DNA of 64,000 bases from Pseudomonadota bacterium (GTDB lineage Bacteria > Pseudomonadota > Alphaproteobacteria > Rhizobiales > Rhizobiaceae), in contig JAEWOP010000250.1 in the NCBI GenBank assembly GCA_023399635.1, positions 2,874 through 66,873 of the forward strand, given 5' to 3'. Within the stretch, counting starts at the first letter, position 1; each line of letters starts with the position of its first letter. This document shows, in pieces, positions 52,957 through 61,882 of this stretch. Below the pieces are notes generated by a model. The model worked only from the letters and a program-made list of their open reading frames with translations, ran no database searches and was not told where the DNA came from. Made by a program: the position numbers and the translations under genes.

Positions 52957-55269
52957 ATGGTCTCGACCTATCTCAGCTACGATCTCGTCAACCGCGACAT
53001 GTTCAAGACGCTGCAGCGCGTGGGCTCGGAGCAGCAGGTGGCGCGCGAGGCGCAATACTACAAGGATAACATCGGCAAGGTCACATCGATCGACGAGTTC
53101 ATGGACGACTACCGCCTGTATTCCTACGCGATGAAGGCCTACGGCCTTGAGGAGATGACCTACGCCAAAGCCTTCATGAAGAAGGTTCTGGAAAGCGACC
53201 TGAGTGACCCCAACAGCTACGCCAATCTGCTGACCGACGACCGTTACAAGACCTTTGCGGCAGCCTTCAGCTTTTCGGCATCAGGTGCGGCTGCCATCGC
53301 TCAATCTTCGGCTCAGCAAGACGAGATGCTTGAACTCTATGACCGCAGCATCCTGGCAACGGAAGATGCGGTGACGGAGGAGACGCGCTATTACAAGGTG
53401 ATGATGGCGCAGGTGGATGATGTTGACGACATCCTGCGCAACGACCGGCTGCGCCGTTATGTGTTCAGCGCACTCGGTATCGACGACAGCGTCTATTCCT
53501 ACCAGGTCGTCAAGCAGGCGATGACCAGCGACAAGAACGATCCAGCAAGCTACTCCAACACCGTACTCAAGGATCAGATGGATTACCTGGTCGCCAAACT
53601 GGCCACGACCCAGGCAGAGCTTGCAGCGCTTGGAACGAATGCCAAGGAGCATGTGGATAAGAAGGCGTCTCTTCGACTGGAGATCGCGAGCTACCAGAAA
53701 TCGATCAAGTCGACGCAGGCCCACATCGATCTTGCCGGTGCGTTCGAGTTCGCACTTGATGGTACCTCTGCCAAAGGGGCGGCACAGACGGATCAGCAAC
53801 TGACCGCCACCACTGATCTTTATCTCCTCAGCCGGCCCCGCCAGACCAGAGAATCGGCGCTGCGGGAACGGGAATACTTCGAGCAGAGGATCGGTTCGAT
53901 CACAACGGCAGAAGAGCTTGTCGATGATCCGCGCCTCTATGACTATGTCCGCAAGGCTTTCAATCTGAACGAGCTGTTCGTGGTGAAATCCACGATCGAG
54001 CAGATACTCACGAACAGTAATGGGATTGTGGAAAAGAACGCCAAGGAGCGCCCGCAGTACAAGGAGCTTTACGAGGCGTTCAACTTCAAAGGGGACGGCA
54101 CTCTCGATGGTCCCGCACAAACGGCGGCCCAGACACAGCTGACGGCGAATAACTATTTCAGCCGATACGACGACAAGCAGGAAGAAGCCGACAAGAAGGC
54201 AATCAGCCTCTACAAGTCCGAAATGGCGGCGGTGAAGTCAGTTGAGGACTTCCTCTCCGACAAGGCGATCTATGGCTTTGCGCTGAAGGCCGTCGGCATC
54301 GACCCTGACAGCGTCTCCATGTTGACCCTCAAGAACGTCTTGAAGAGCGATCTTTCCGATCCGAAGAGCTATGTCTATCGGTTGAAGGACGAGCGATACC
54401 TCACGCTCGCTCAAGCCTTCAACTTCACTCGTGAAGGTGGCGTCACCGCGCCTGTTCAAGCTCAATCTGCCGCAACGGTCACGGCGACGGCGAAAGACTA
54501 TATCGTCCAGCAGACCAGGTTCCTGAAGGGAGCAGAGAAGGAGGCTGCGCGCGAGAAAGCCGACGCCGAAGCCTCTTATTACACAAGCACGATGGCGGGC
54601 GTCAAAAGCGTCAAGGAACTGCTGGCCGACCGTCGACTGGTCGATTTCGTGCTGACGGCGAAAGGCCTCGATCCCGAGACGGTGACGGACGACTTCCTGA
54701 AGCAGATGTTCGCTTCGGATCTCGATGACCCGAAGAGTTTCGTCAACCAGCAGACCGACAACCGATTTGCCGAGCTTCTGGGCACCTTCAACTTCGACAG
54801 CCAGGGCCAGATCCGTCGGGGTGCACCCGCGCTTGTGCAGAACCTGGGTCAGGTGCTTGAAACACAGCACAACTATCTGCGCCAAACGCTGGAGATCGAA
54901 CAGGGCAACGAAAATGCCGGCGTCCGAATGGCGCTCTATTTCGAGCGCATGGTGGATACGGTGACCGATGCCTACAGCATCATTGGCGACGAGGCGCTTG
55001 CCGAGTTTGTCCGGATTGCCTTCAGCCTGCCGTCCGAGATGGGCAACATGGATGTGGACCAGCAGGCAAAGCTTATCGAGAAAAACCTGAACATTGCCGA
55101 CCTCAAGGACCCGAAGAAGCTGCAGAAGCTCATTCAGCGTTTCACCATTCTGTACGACCTTGAGAACGGCTCTACGGGACCATCCGCTGTGGATATCCTT
55201 TCCGGAAGCGGCGCCTATGCCGGCATCAGCGCCGATACCCTGTGGTCGCTCTCGCAGTTGCGGCGCTAG
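52957..55269 (+). CDS. DUF1217 family protein with about six internal repeats
   Basis: MVSTYLSY..., YYKDNIGKVTSIDEFMDDYRLYSYAMKAYGLEEM, ESDLSDPNSYAN, GVRMALYFER. Confidence 0.85.
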   Translation: MVSTYLSYDLVNRDMFKTLQRVGSEQQVAREAQYYKDNIGKVTSIDEFMDDYRLYSYAMKAYGLEEMTYAKAFMKKVLESDLSDPNSYANLLTDDRYKTFAAAFSFSASGAAAIAQSSAQQDEMLELYDRSILATEDAVTEETRYYKVMMAQVDDVDDILRNDRLRRYVFSALGIDDSVYSYQVVKQAMTSDKNDPASYSNTVLKDQMDYLVAKLATTQAELAALGTNAKEHVDKKASLRLEIASYQKSIKSTQAHIDLAGAFEFALDGTSAKGAAQTDQQLTATTDLYLLSRPRQTRESALREREYFEQRIGSITTAEELVDDPRLYDYVRKAFNLNELFVVKSTIEQILTNSNGIVEKNAKERPQYKELYEAFNFKGDGTLDGPAQTAAQTQLTANNYFSRYDDKQEEADKKAISLYKSEMAAVKSVEDFLSDKAIYGFALKAVGIDPDSVSMLTLKNVLKSDLSDPKSYVYRLKDERYLTLAQAFNFTREGGVTAPVQAQSAATVTATAKDYIVQQTRFLKGAEKEAAREKADAEASYYTSTMAGVKSVKELLADRRLVDFVLTAKGLDPETVTDDFLKQMFASDLDDPKSFVNQQTDNRFAELLGTFNFDSQGQIRRGAPALVQNLGQVLETQHNYLRQTLEIEQGNENAGVRMALYFERMVDTVTDAYSIIGDEALAEFVRIAFSLPSEMGNMDVDQQAKLIEKNLNIADLKDPKKLQKLIQRFTILYDLENGSTGPSAVDILSGSGAYAGISADTLWSLSQLRR

Positions 55270-55274
55270 TCGAT

Positions 55275-56708
55275 CTACTGGACCTTGATGACCTTGCCAG
55301 GATTCATGATGTCGGCGGGGTCGAAGGCGCGCTTGATGCGGCGCATCAGGTCGATCTCGATCGCCGGACGGATGCGTTCAAGTTCGTCCCGCTTCAGTTG
55401 CCCGATACCATGTTCTGCTGAGATCGACCCGCTCATCTCGAGCACGATACCATGCACAATCTCGTTGATTTCACGCCAGCGCGCTAGGAAGGCGGACTTG
55501 TCGTCGCCAATCGGCTGCGAGATGTTGTAGTGGATGTTTCCGTCGCCCAGATGTCCGAAGGCGCAGATCCGGGCGCCGGGCATTGCAGCCAGCACCGCTT
55601 TCTCGGCGGTTTCCATGAACAGTGGCACGCTGGAGACGGGCACTGACACGTCGTGCTTGATGGAGCCACCCTCCGGCTTTTGCGCATCCGACATGCTTTC
55701 GCGCATATGCCAAAGCGCCTTCTGCTGCGCAACGGACGAGGCGATGACGGCATCTCTCACCAGACCTGTCTCCACACCCCACTCAAGCAGCGCATGCACC
55801 ATGGTTTCCGCCGTGGCGGCCGAGTCCGAGGTTGAGATGTCGATCAGCGCGTACCACGGATGGGGTTCCGCGAGGGGGTCTCGAACGCCTTCGATATGGC
55901 GCGTCGTGAACTCGACGCCGATGCGTGGCATGAGTTCGAAGCCCGTGAGGGCTGTCCCGCAAAGGTTGGAGGCCTTCTCGAAAAGCCGCAAGGCATCGGC
56001 AGGAGAGGAAAGGCCGGCCAGTGCCACCTGATGCCCGATCGGCTGCGGGAAAAGCTTCAAAACAGCACCTGTTATGATGCCAAGCGTGCCTTCGGCGCCG
56101 ATGAACAAGTCGCGCAGGTCATAGCCCGTATTGTCCTTCTTCAGCCGGCGCAACCCGTTCCAGATCTCCCCGGTCGGCAGCACAACCTCCAGTCCCAGGC
56201 AAAGCTGACGCATGTTGCCGTACGCCAGGACGGCCGTTCCGCCCGCATTCGTGGAAAGATTGCCGCCGATCCGGCAGGTGCCTTCCGAGCCGAGAGAGAG
56301 CGGGAAGAGACGCTGCACTTCTTCCGCCGCCTTCTGCACGTCGGCAAGGATGGCACCACCATCGGCCACGATGACATTGGCAACGGCATCGACATCGCGG
56401 ATACGGTTCATCCGCTCCAGGGATACGATCAAATCCCGGCCGCTATCACTCGGCGTCTGCCCACCCACAAGCCCGGTATTTCCCGTCTGCGGTACGATTG
56501 GCGTGCGGGTTTCCGTTGCAAGCGCGAGGATCTGCGAGACTTCTTCCGTGCTTGCCGGCTTCAGCACCAGTGGGGAGGCGCCCTTGTAAAGGCCGCGGTT
56601 CTCGACCAATCGTGGGGTGATATCCCCCGCGTCTCTCAAGACGTTTGCGTCACCGACGATGGCGGAAAACCGTTGCAGGAGATCTGGTGAGGTTGCCTGA
56701 CTGTCCAT
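55275..56708 (-). CDS. FAD-binding oxidoreductase (D-2-hydroxyacid dehydrogenase-like)
   Basis: GNTGLVGG, KDNTGYDL, GHLGDGNIH and SAEHGIG motifs. Confidence 0.93.
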   Translation of the reverse strand: MDSQATSPDLLQRFSAIVGDANVLRDAGDITPRLVENRGLYKGASPLVLKPASTEEVSQILALATETRTPIVPQTGNTGLVGGQTPSDSGRDLIVSLERMNRIRDVDAVANVIVADGGAILADVQKAAEEVQRLFPLSLGSEGTCRIGGNLSTNAGGTAVLAYGNMRQLCLGLEVVLPTGEIWNGLRRLKKDNTGYDLRDLFIGAEGTLGIITGAVLKLFPQPIGHQVALAGLSSPADALRLFEKASNLCGTALTGFELMPRIGVEFTTRHIEGVRDPLAEPHPWYALIDISTSDSAATAETMVHALLEWGVETGLVRDAVIASSVAQQKALWHMRESMSDAQKPEGGSIKHDVSVPVSSVPLFMETAEKAVLAAMPGARICAFGHLGDGNIHYNISQPIGDDKSAFLARWREINEIVHGIVLEMSGSISAEHGIGQLKRDELERIRPAIEIDLMRRIKRAFDPADIMNPGKVIKVQ

Positions 56709-56721
56709 CTCGGCTCCTTCG

Positions 56722-57699
56722 TCATGTCCTTGGCGCGGCAGCACGGCTGAGCCGGTCATTGATCGCTTCGCCCAAGCCCTCATGTGGGATGGGAACGACG
56801 CAAATGCCATGCGTTGCGGCCGCATCCGCCTTTTTCAGATAATCGAAAAGGTTGGCGGCAGCTTCTCGAAGATCGCCGGCAGGACTGAGATTGATTACAG
56901 ACGCCGCTTGATCGAGCCCTTCCACACGCGCCTCTCCAAACAAGATCACGGCCTCTCCCGGCAAGGCTTGCCGGACATCGAGCCTCACCTGCGCGGCTGG
57001 TGCGTAATGGGAGGCCAGCATGCCAGGTGCTTCGATGGTGGGAGAGGGCGAAGCGGGCCGGATAACAGGAAGTCCAGTTGCAGCTTCCAGCTCCGCTGCC
57101 GAAATGCCGCCTGGGCGCAGCAGGCGGACACCCTCCGTTTCAACGCGAACGATGGTGGACTCAACGCCCACTGGAGCAGCTTCCCCGTCGATGATGAGGT
57201 CCAGCTTCTCCCCAAGGTCTTCGGCGACATGGCGCGCCTGCGTAGGGCTTATCTTGCCGGAGGTGTTTGCGCTCGGAGCCGCAAGCGGCTTTCCATAGGC
57301 GCGAATGAGCGCCGAGGCAAAACCCTTTGGCACACGTATGCCGACCGTATCAAGCCCCGCGGTCGCAAGCGACTGAATGCCGGACGCCTGCTTGAGCGGC
57401 AAGATAAGCGTCAGCGGACCGGGCCAGAAGGTTTCGGCGAGATGACGGGACACCGGATCGAAAAGGGCATAGTCCTCTGCCATGGCAAGATCGGCCATGT
57501 GGCAGATCAGCGGATTGAACTGCGGCCGGCCCTTTGTCTCGAAGATTCGAGCAACGGCGGCGGGGTTGGTGGCATCGGCGGCAAGGCCATAAACCGTTTC
57601 GGTGGGAATCGCCACGGGGCGACCATCCGACAGCACGAGCCTCGCAGCTCCGATGGCTGCGGCTTCGCCGTCACTGATATGGAGGATGTGTGCCGTCAT
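56722..57699 (-). CDS. tsaC: Threonylcarbamoyl-AMP synthase (Sua5 type)
   Basis: PTETVYGL, KGRP..NPLI, APSAN and APGML.SHY motifs. Confidence 0.95.
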   Translation of the reverse strand: MTAHILHISDGEAAAIGAARLVLSDGRPVAIPTETVYGLAADATNPAAVARIFETKGRPQFNPLICHMADLAMAEDYALFDPVSRHLAETFWPGPLTLILPLKQASGIQSLATAGLDTVGIRVPKGFASALIRAYGKPLAAPSANTSGKISPTQARHVAEDLGEKLDLIIDGEAAPVGVESTIVRVETEGVRLLRPGGISAAELEAATGLPVIRPASPSPTIEAPGMLASHYAPAAQVRLDVRQALPGEAVILFGEARVEGLDQAASVINLSPAGDLREAAANLFDYLKKADAAATHGICVVPIPHEGLGEAINDRLSRAAAPRT

Positions 57700-57749
57700 G
57701 CGCCGTTCCTAGCCCGGAATGGTAGTCACCGGCAATCCGCCGTAGGTCA

Positions 57750-58355
57750 CTAGCTATTCTTGACGATGGCCCGGACGGTGTCGTTCGGCGCACCCAGCAT
57801 CAGCACGTTCCGCAGGGCTTCTTGCGGATCGAAGGTGCGAAACAGCAGCCCGTTCTTGCGCATCGAGCGGTCGATCCGGAAAGTGTCGCCGGGCGCTTTC
57901 TCGAACGCCACGGCAAAATACATCCGGCCCTTGCCGCTGCGAATGCGTTCGAAGAATGGATAGGTCTCGCTGATGTCGGACGTGAAATTGGCGAGGTAGA
58001 ACGACCAGTTGATGCGCTCTTTGGCGTTAAACGATGTGCTGGCAGTCGTCACGTGGCAGTAGCCAAGGTGCGGGATCTCCTCAAACACCCGGTAGAAGAT
58101 CGCCTTGGGAAAACGGATCGACTGGTGGAAAGAGTTGATCCGAGTGAGGGTCGTCTCGCCTGCGAGCGTGAGGATCCGTCCGGTTCGTTCCGCGACCTCT
58201 TCGGGCGTCAAGTAACGCTTTGCTGTTTGCCGCTCTGCCAACGGCCTGGCGATACGCCCGGTTCTTAAGAAATCGGAATGGGGAGTCAGGCTTGCAGGCC
58301 TGCTCCGAGCTGGAGAATTCGTTTCGAAGTAGCGCAGCTTGCCGCCGGTGGACAC
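57750..58355 (-). CDS. Conserved hypothetical protein (DUF6656-like)
   Basis: KLRYF...HSDFLRTGRI...PHLGYCHVT...WSFYLANF...GRMYFAVA; start uncertain and family name from recall. Confidence 0.7.
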   Translation of the reverse strand: MSTGGKLRYFETNSPARSRPASLTPHSDFLRTGRIARPLAERQTAKRYLTPEEVAERTGRILTLAGETTLTRINSFHQSIRFPKAIFYRVFEEIPHLGYCHVTTASTSFNAKERINWSFYLANFTSDISETYPFFERIRSGKGRMYFAVAFEKAPGDTFRIDRSMRKNGLLFRTFDPQEALRNVLMLGAPNDTVRAIVKNS

Positions 58356-58665
58356 TCTTGGAGTTCTCCCAGGAATTATTCCTGGGAAGCTATCCTGCCT
58401 TGGTTAATCGTCCGTATCCAAGTCCCTTGCCGCACCTCGCTGGGGCGGAAACTATGACGTCGCGGGCGAAGCTTCAGACAACTTGTGTAACCTCACAAGC
58501 TGTCACTTGTCGAACGGCTTTTCGCGGTCGTTGAACCCTTTTCTTCGTTCCCGCGTTAATGGCCGGTTCAGCTTGGGTTTCCTAGGGTGATCGCATCCAA
58601 ACCACCAACGACGCTTGTCGCCAGGTGATCAGGAGCGCAGACAGTCAACTTGGATGGAGACAACT

Positions 58666-59127
58666 ATGAAAAACCTGTTCAGGAAGGTCGCGGTCGCCGC
58701 CCTGTCGGCAACGGTGATCGCTGGGGCGGTCGTACCGGCGCAAGCGTTACCGGTTATCGCAGCTCCGGCAGCCAAAATTGAAGTTCAGTCAGATGTCACG
58801 CAGGTGCGTCACCGGGGCCATCGCGGCTACTATGGCGGCCATCGTGGCTATCGCCATTATCGTCATGGCCATCGCTATCATGATGGTTACTGGTATCCGC
58901 TTGCAGCCTTCGGTGCAGGCGCGTTGATCGGTGGCGCGCTTGCAGCTCCGCCGCGCTATGTGGAACCGGCGCCAGTTTACCGCGCTGCACCCGTTTATCG
59001 CGCAAGCGGGATCAATCCGCGCCACTACGATTGGTGTCATGCGCGCTACCGCTCGTATGACAGCTATTCCAACACGTTCCAGCCCTATCACGGGCCGCGC
59101 CAGACCTGCGTGTCGCCCTATTATTGA
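58666..59127 (+). CDS. BA14K family secreted protein
   Basis: Signal peptide, H/R/G/Y-rich stretch, [13 protein letters not shown]...[12 protein letters not shown]. Confidence 0.93.
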   Translation: MKNLFRKVAVAALSATVIAGAVVPAQALPVIAAPAAKIEVQSDVTQVRHRGHRGYYGGHRGYRHYRHGHRYHDGYWYPLAAFGAGALIGGALAAPPRYVEPAPVYRAAPVYRASGINPRHYDWCHARYRSYDSYSNTFQPYHGPRQTCVSPYY

Positions 59128-59145
59128 GCGGCAGGTCGGGGAAAT

Positions 59146-59183
59146 TGGAAGCCCGCGGAAGCTATGCTCCCGCGGGCTTTTCC
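59146..59183 (+). terminator. Intrinsic terminator after BA14K
   Basis: AAGCCCGCGG...CCGCGGGCTTTT. Confidence 0.8.
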
Positions 59184-59217
59184 ATGCGCTGAAAACGCAA
59201 CCGCGGTTTCGGTGAGA

Positions 59218-59245
59218 TTGACAAGGAGGTTTACGTTTACGTAAA
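59218..59245 (+). promoter_or_regulatory. TTGACA -35 element plus LiuR-type palindromic operator
   Basis: TTTACGT-TT-ACGTAAA at 59230-59245, upstream of the acyl-CoA dehydrogenase gene. Confidence 0.8.
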
Positions 59246-59298
59246 AAGCGCATGGGACTTAAATCTCGTCCCGACCGGTCACGAGGAGGATCGCCCGC

Positions 59299-61080
59299 AT
59301 GTACAAAGCCCCCGTCGCAGATATTGCCTTCACGCTCAACCACGTCGCTGGTCTTTCTGATGCCATGGCCGCAGGCAAGCTGGGGGAGCTTGGACCGGAC
59401 CTCTTGGAAGCGATCATCGACGAAGCTGGCCGCTTCGCCTCCAATGAAATGGCGCCACTGGGCGAGGTGGGCGATAGGCAGGGTGCAAAAGTTTCCAATG
59501 GTGTCGTGACGACGCCTGATGGCTGGGCCGGCCTGTATCGTGCCTGGCGCGAAGGCGGCTGGAACGGACTGACCGGTCCCGAAGAGTACGGCGGCCAGAA
59601 CCTACCGAACATGCTCAACGTCGCGGCCCTTGAGATGTGGAACTCGGCTTCCATGGCCTTCGCGCTGGCGCCGACGCTGACCATGGGCGCGATTGAAGCT
59701 CTGCACAAGCACGGCAGCGATGAACTCAAGGCAATCTACCTTGAGAAGCTTGTCTCGGGTGAATGGACGGGGACGATGAACCTGACGGAGCCTCATGCGG
59801 GGTCCGATCTCGGGGTACTTAAGACCCGAGCCGAGCGCCGCGACGACGGGACCTACCGCATCTTCGGCCAGAAGATCTACATCACGTGGGGCGAGCACGA
59901 CGCTGCAGATAACATCATCCACCTTGTTCTGGCACGGCTGCCCGATGCGCCTGCCGGCACGCGCGGAATTTCCCTCTTCCTCGTGCCGAAATTCCTGGTG
60001 AACGATGAGGGCTCGCTCGGTGCTCGCAACGATGTCTTCTGCCACTCCATCGAACACAAGCTTGGCATCCACGGCTCGCCGACCTGCACGATGATCTATG
60101 GCGACGGCAAGTTCGGCGATGAGAAGGGCGCTGTCGGCTGGCTGATCGGCGAGGAAAACAAGGGCCTAGCCTGCATGTTCACGATGATGAACAATGCACG
60201 TCTCGCAGTTGGCATCCAAGGTGTCGCAATCGCGGAGGCCGCTACTCAAAAGGCAATCTCGTTCGCCCGCGAACGCACGCAAGGCAAGGCGCCGGGCTGG
60301 ACGGGCTCGGGCATGAGTCCGATCATAGAGCATCCCGATGTCGCGCGCATGCTGCTGACCATGACGGCGCTGACCCAGGGGTCTCGCGCGATTTGCTATG
60401 CCTGCGCCCATGCATTGGATATGGCGCACCACAGTGAGGGCGAGGAAGCGAAGGCCTGGGCGGAGCGTGCGGCGCTGCTGACACCGATTGCCAAGTCCTT
60501 CTCCACCGATGCCGGCGTAGACGTGGCGTCACTGGGTATTCAGGTCCATGGTGGCATGGGCTTCATCGAGGAGACCGGCGCGGCGCGCTATCTGCGCGAT
60601 GCTCGCATCGCTCCGATCTATGAGGGTACGAACGGCATTCAGGCGATCGACCTCGTCACACGCAAGCTGCCTCTTTCTGGTGGCGCTCAGGTTGAGGGCC
60701 TCATTTCCGAGCTGAAGCAGATCACGGAGCGGGTCCAGTCAGCCAATGACGTCCGTTTCGGCTTCACGGCCGAGCGTCTTGCCGCCGCCATCGATGATCT
60801 TGAGGCCTCCACCGCTTGGCTCATGAAGGCGCAGGGCGACGGGCACATGGCCGAGGCACTTGCCGGAGCGACACCATATCAGCGCCTGTTCGGCCTGGTG
60901 CTTACCGGAGCCTACCTTGCGAAGGGTGCGCTGGCACAGGTGGAGGACGGGATGACTGATCGGCGGGTGGCGCTCTGCCGCTTTGCTGCCGAAAACCTCC
61001 TTCCGGAGACGGCGGCTCTGAAGCAGCAGGTGGTCCAAGGTGCAGAAAGCCTCCAGGCCGCCCGCGCGGTTCTGGCTTGA
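59299..61080 (+). CDS. Acyl-CoA dehydrogenase
   Basis: TMNLTEPHAGSDL, GQKIYIT, EHKLGIHGSPT, QVHGGMGF and IYEGTNGIQA motifs. Confidence 0.96.
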   Translation: MYKAPVADIAFTLNHVAGLSDAMAAGKLGELGPDLLEAIIDEAGRFASNEMAPLGEVGDRQGAKVSNGVVTTPDGWAGLYRAWREGGWNGLTGPEEYGGQNLPNMLNVAALEMWNSASMAFALAPTLTMGAIEALHKHGSDELKAIYLEKLVSGEWTGTMNLTEPHAGSDLGVLKTRAERRDDGTYRIFGQKIYITWGEHDAADNIIHLVLARLPDAPAGTRGISLFLVPKFLVNDEGSLGARNDVFCHSIEHKLGIHGSPTCTMIYGDGKFGDEKGAVGWLIGEENKGLACMFTMMNNARLAVGIQGVAIAEAATQKAISFARERTQGKAPGWTGSGMSPIIEHPDVARMLLTMTALTQGSRAICYACAHALDMAHHSEGEEAKAWAERAALLTPIAKSFSTDAGVDVASLGIQVHGGMGFIEETGAARYLRDARIAPIYEGTNGIQAIDLVTRKLPLSGGAQVEGLISELKQITERVQSANDVRFGFTAERLAAAIDDLEASTAWLMKAQGDGHMAEALAGATPYQRLFGLVLTGAYLAKGALAQVEDGMTDRRVALCRFAAENLLPETAALKQQVVQGAESLQAARAVLA

Positions 61081-61090
61081 GGGGGCAGCC

Positions 61091-61852
61091 ATGACCGAGC
61101 CACACGTCCTTGTCGAGCATCCGGAAGCCTGTCCCGGTGTCATGGTGATCCGGTTCAACCGCCCGGAAAAGAAGAACGCGATCACCACCGCGATGTACGA
61201 ACGGCTGACCTCGGCGTTGCGCAAGGCTGACAATCATGCCGACGTTCGTGCCATCGCCTTTCTTGGCACGCCGGGCTGCTTTTCCGCCGGCAATGACATG
61301 GCCGATTTTCTCGCCTATGCCATGAGCGGCGGCGGACGCCCCTCGGCCGCCGACTTCCTCCATGCGCTTGCAACCTGTACCAAGCCTCTGGTGTCGGGCG
61401 TGGATGGGCTGGCGATCGGTATCGGAACCACGATCCATCTTCACTGCGACATGACGATCGCTTCCGACCGCAGTCTCTTCCGCACTCCCTTCGTCGATCT
61501 CGCGCTTGTGCCGGAAGCTGCTTCCAGCCTGATCGCCCCCCGCGTCATGGGCCACCAGCGTGCCTTCGCCCTGCTTGCGGCGGGAGAGGGGTTCTCTGCA
61601 GAACAAGCTCGGGAAGCCGGCATCATCTGGAAGATTGTCGCTCCCGAGGCAGTCGATGCCGAGACGCTTGCGTTGGCGGCCAGTCTTGCCGCCAAACCAC
61701 CACATGCGCTGAAGATTGCCCGCAGCCTCATCCGCGGCAATGGAGACGATGTGGTTGCACGCATGGATGAAGAGCTCGTTCACTTCACCAACCAGTTGCG
61801 CAGCGCCGAAGCGCGTGCCGCCTTCGAAGCCTTCATGAGCCGGAAGGCCTGA
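61091..61852 (+). CDS. Enoyl-CoA hydratase/isomerase (crotonase family)
   Basis: NRPEKKNA, FSAGND, AIGIG and PEAASS motifs. Confidence 0.93.
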   Translation: MTEPHVLVEHPEACPGVMVIRFNRPEKKNAITTAMYERLTSALRKADNHADVRAIAFLGTPGCFSAGNDMADFLAYAMSGGGRPSAADFLHALATCTKPLVSGVDGLAIGIGTTIHLHCDMTIASDRSLFRTPFVDLALVPEAASSLIAPRVMGHQRAFALLAAGEGFSAEQAREAGIIWKIVAPEAVDAETLALAASLAAKPPHALKIARSLIRGNGDDVVARMDEELVHFTNQLRSAEARAAFEAFMSRKA

Positions 61853-61882
61853 ACGGCCTCCGGTTCTCTCTATGGCATCGAG

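Noticed and set aside
58805..58885. GGCCATCG short repeats in BA14K
   Set aside because: They encode the His/Arg/Gly/Tyr-rich segment typical of BA14K proteins and are not an independent element.
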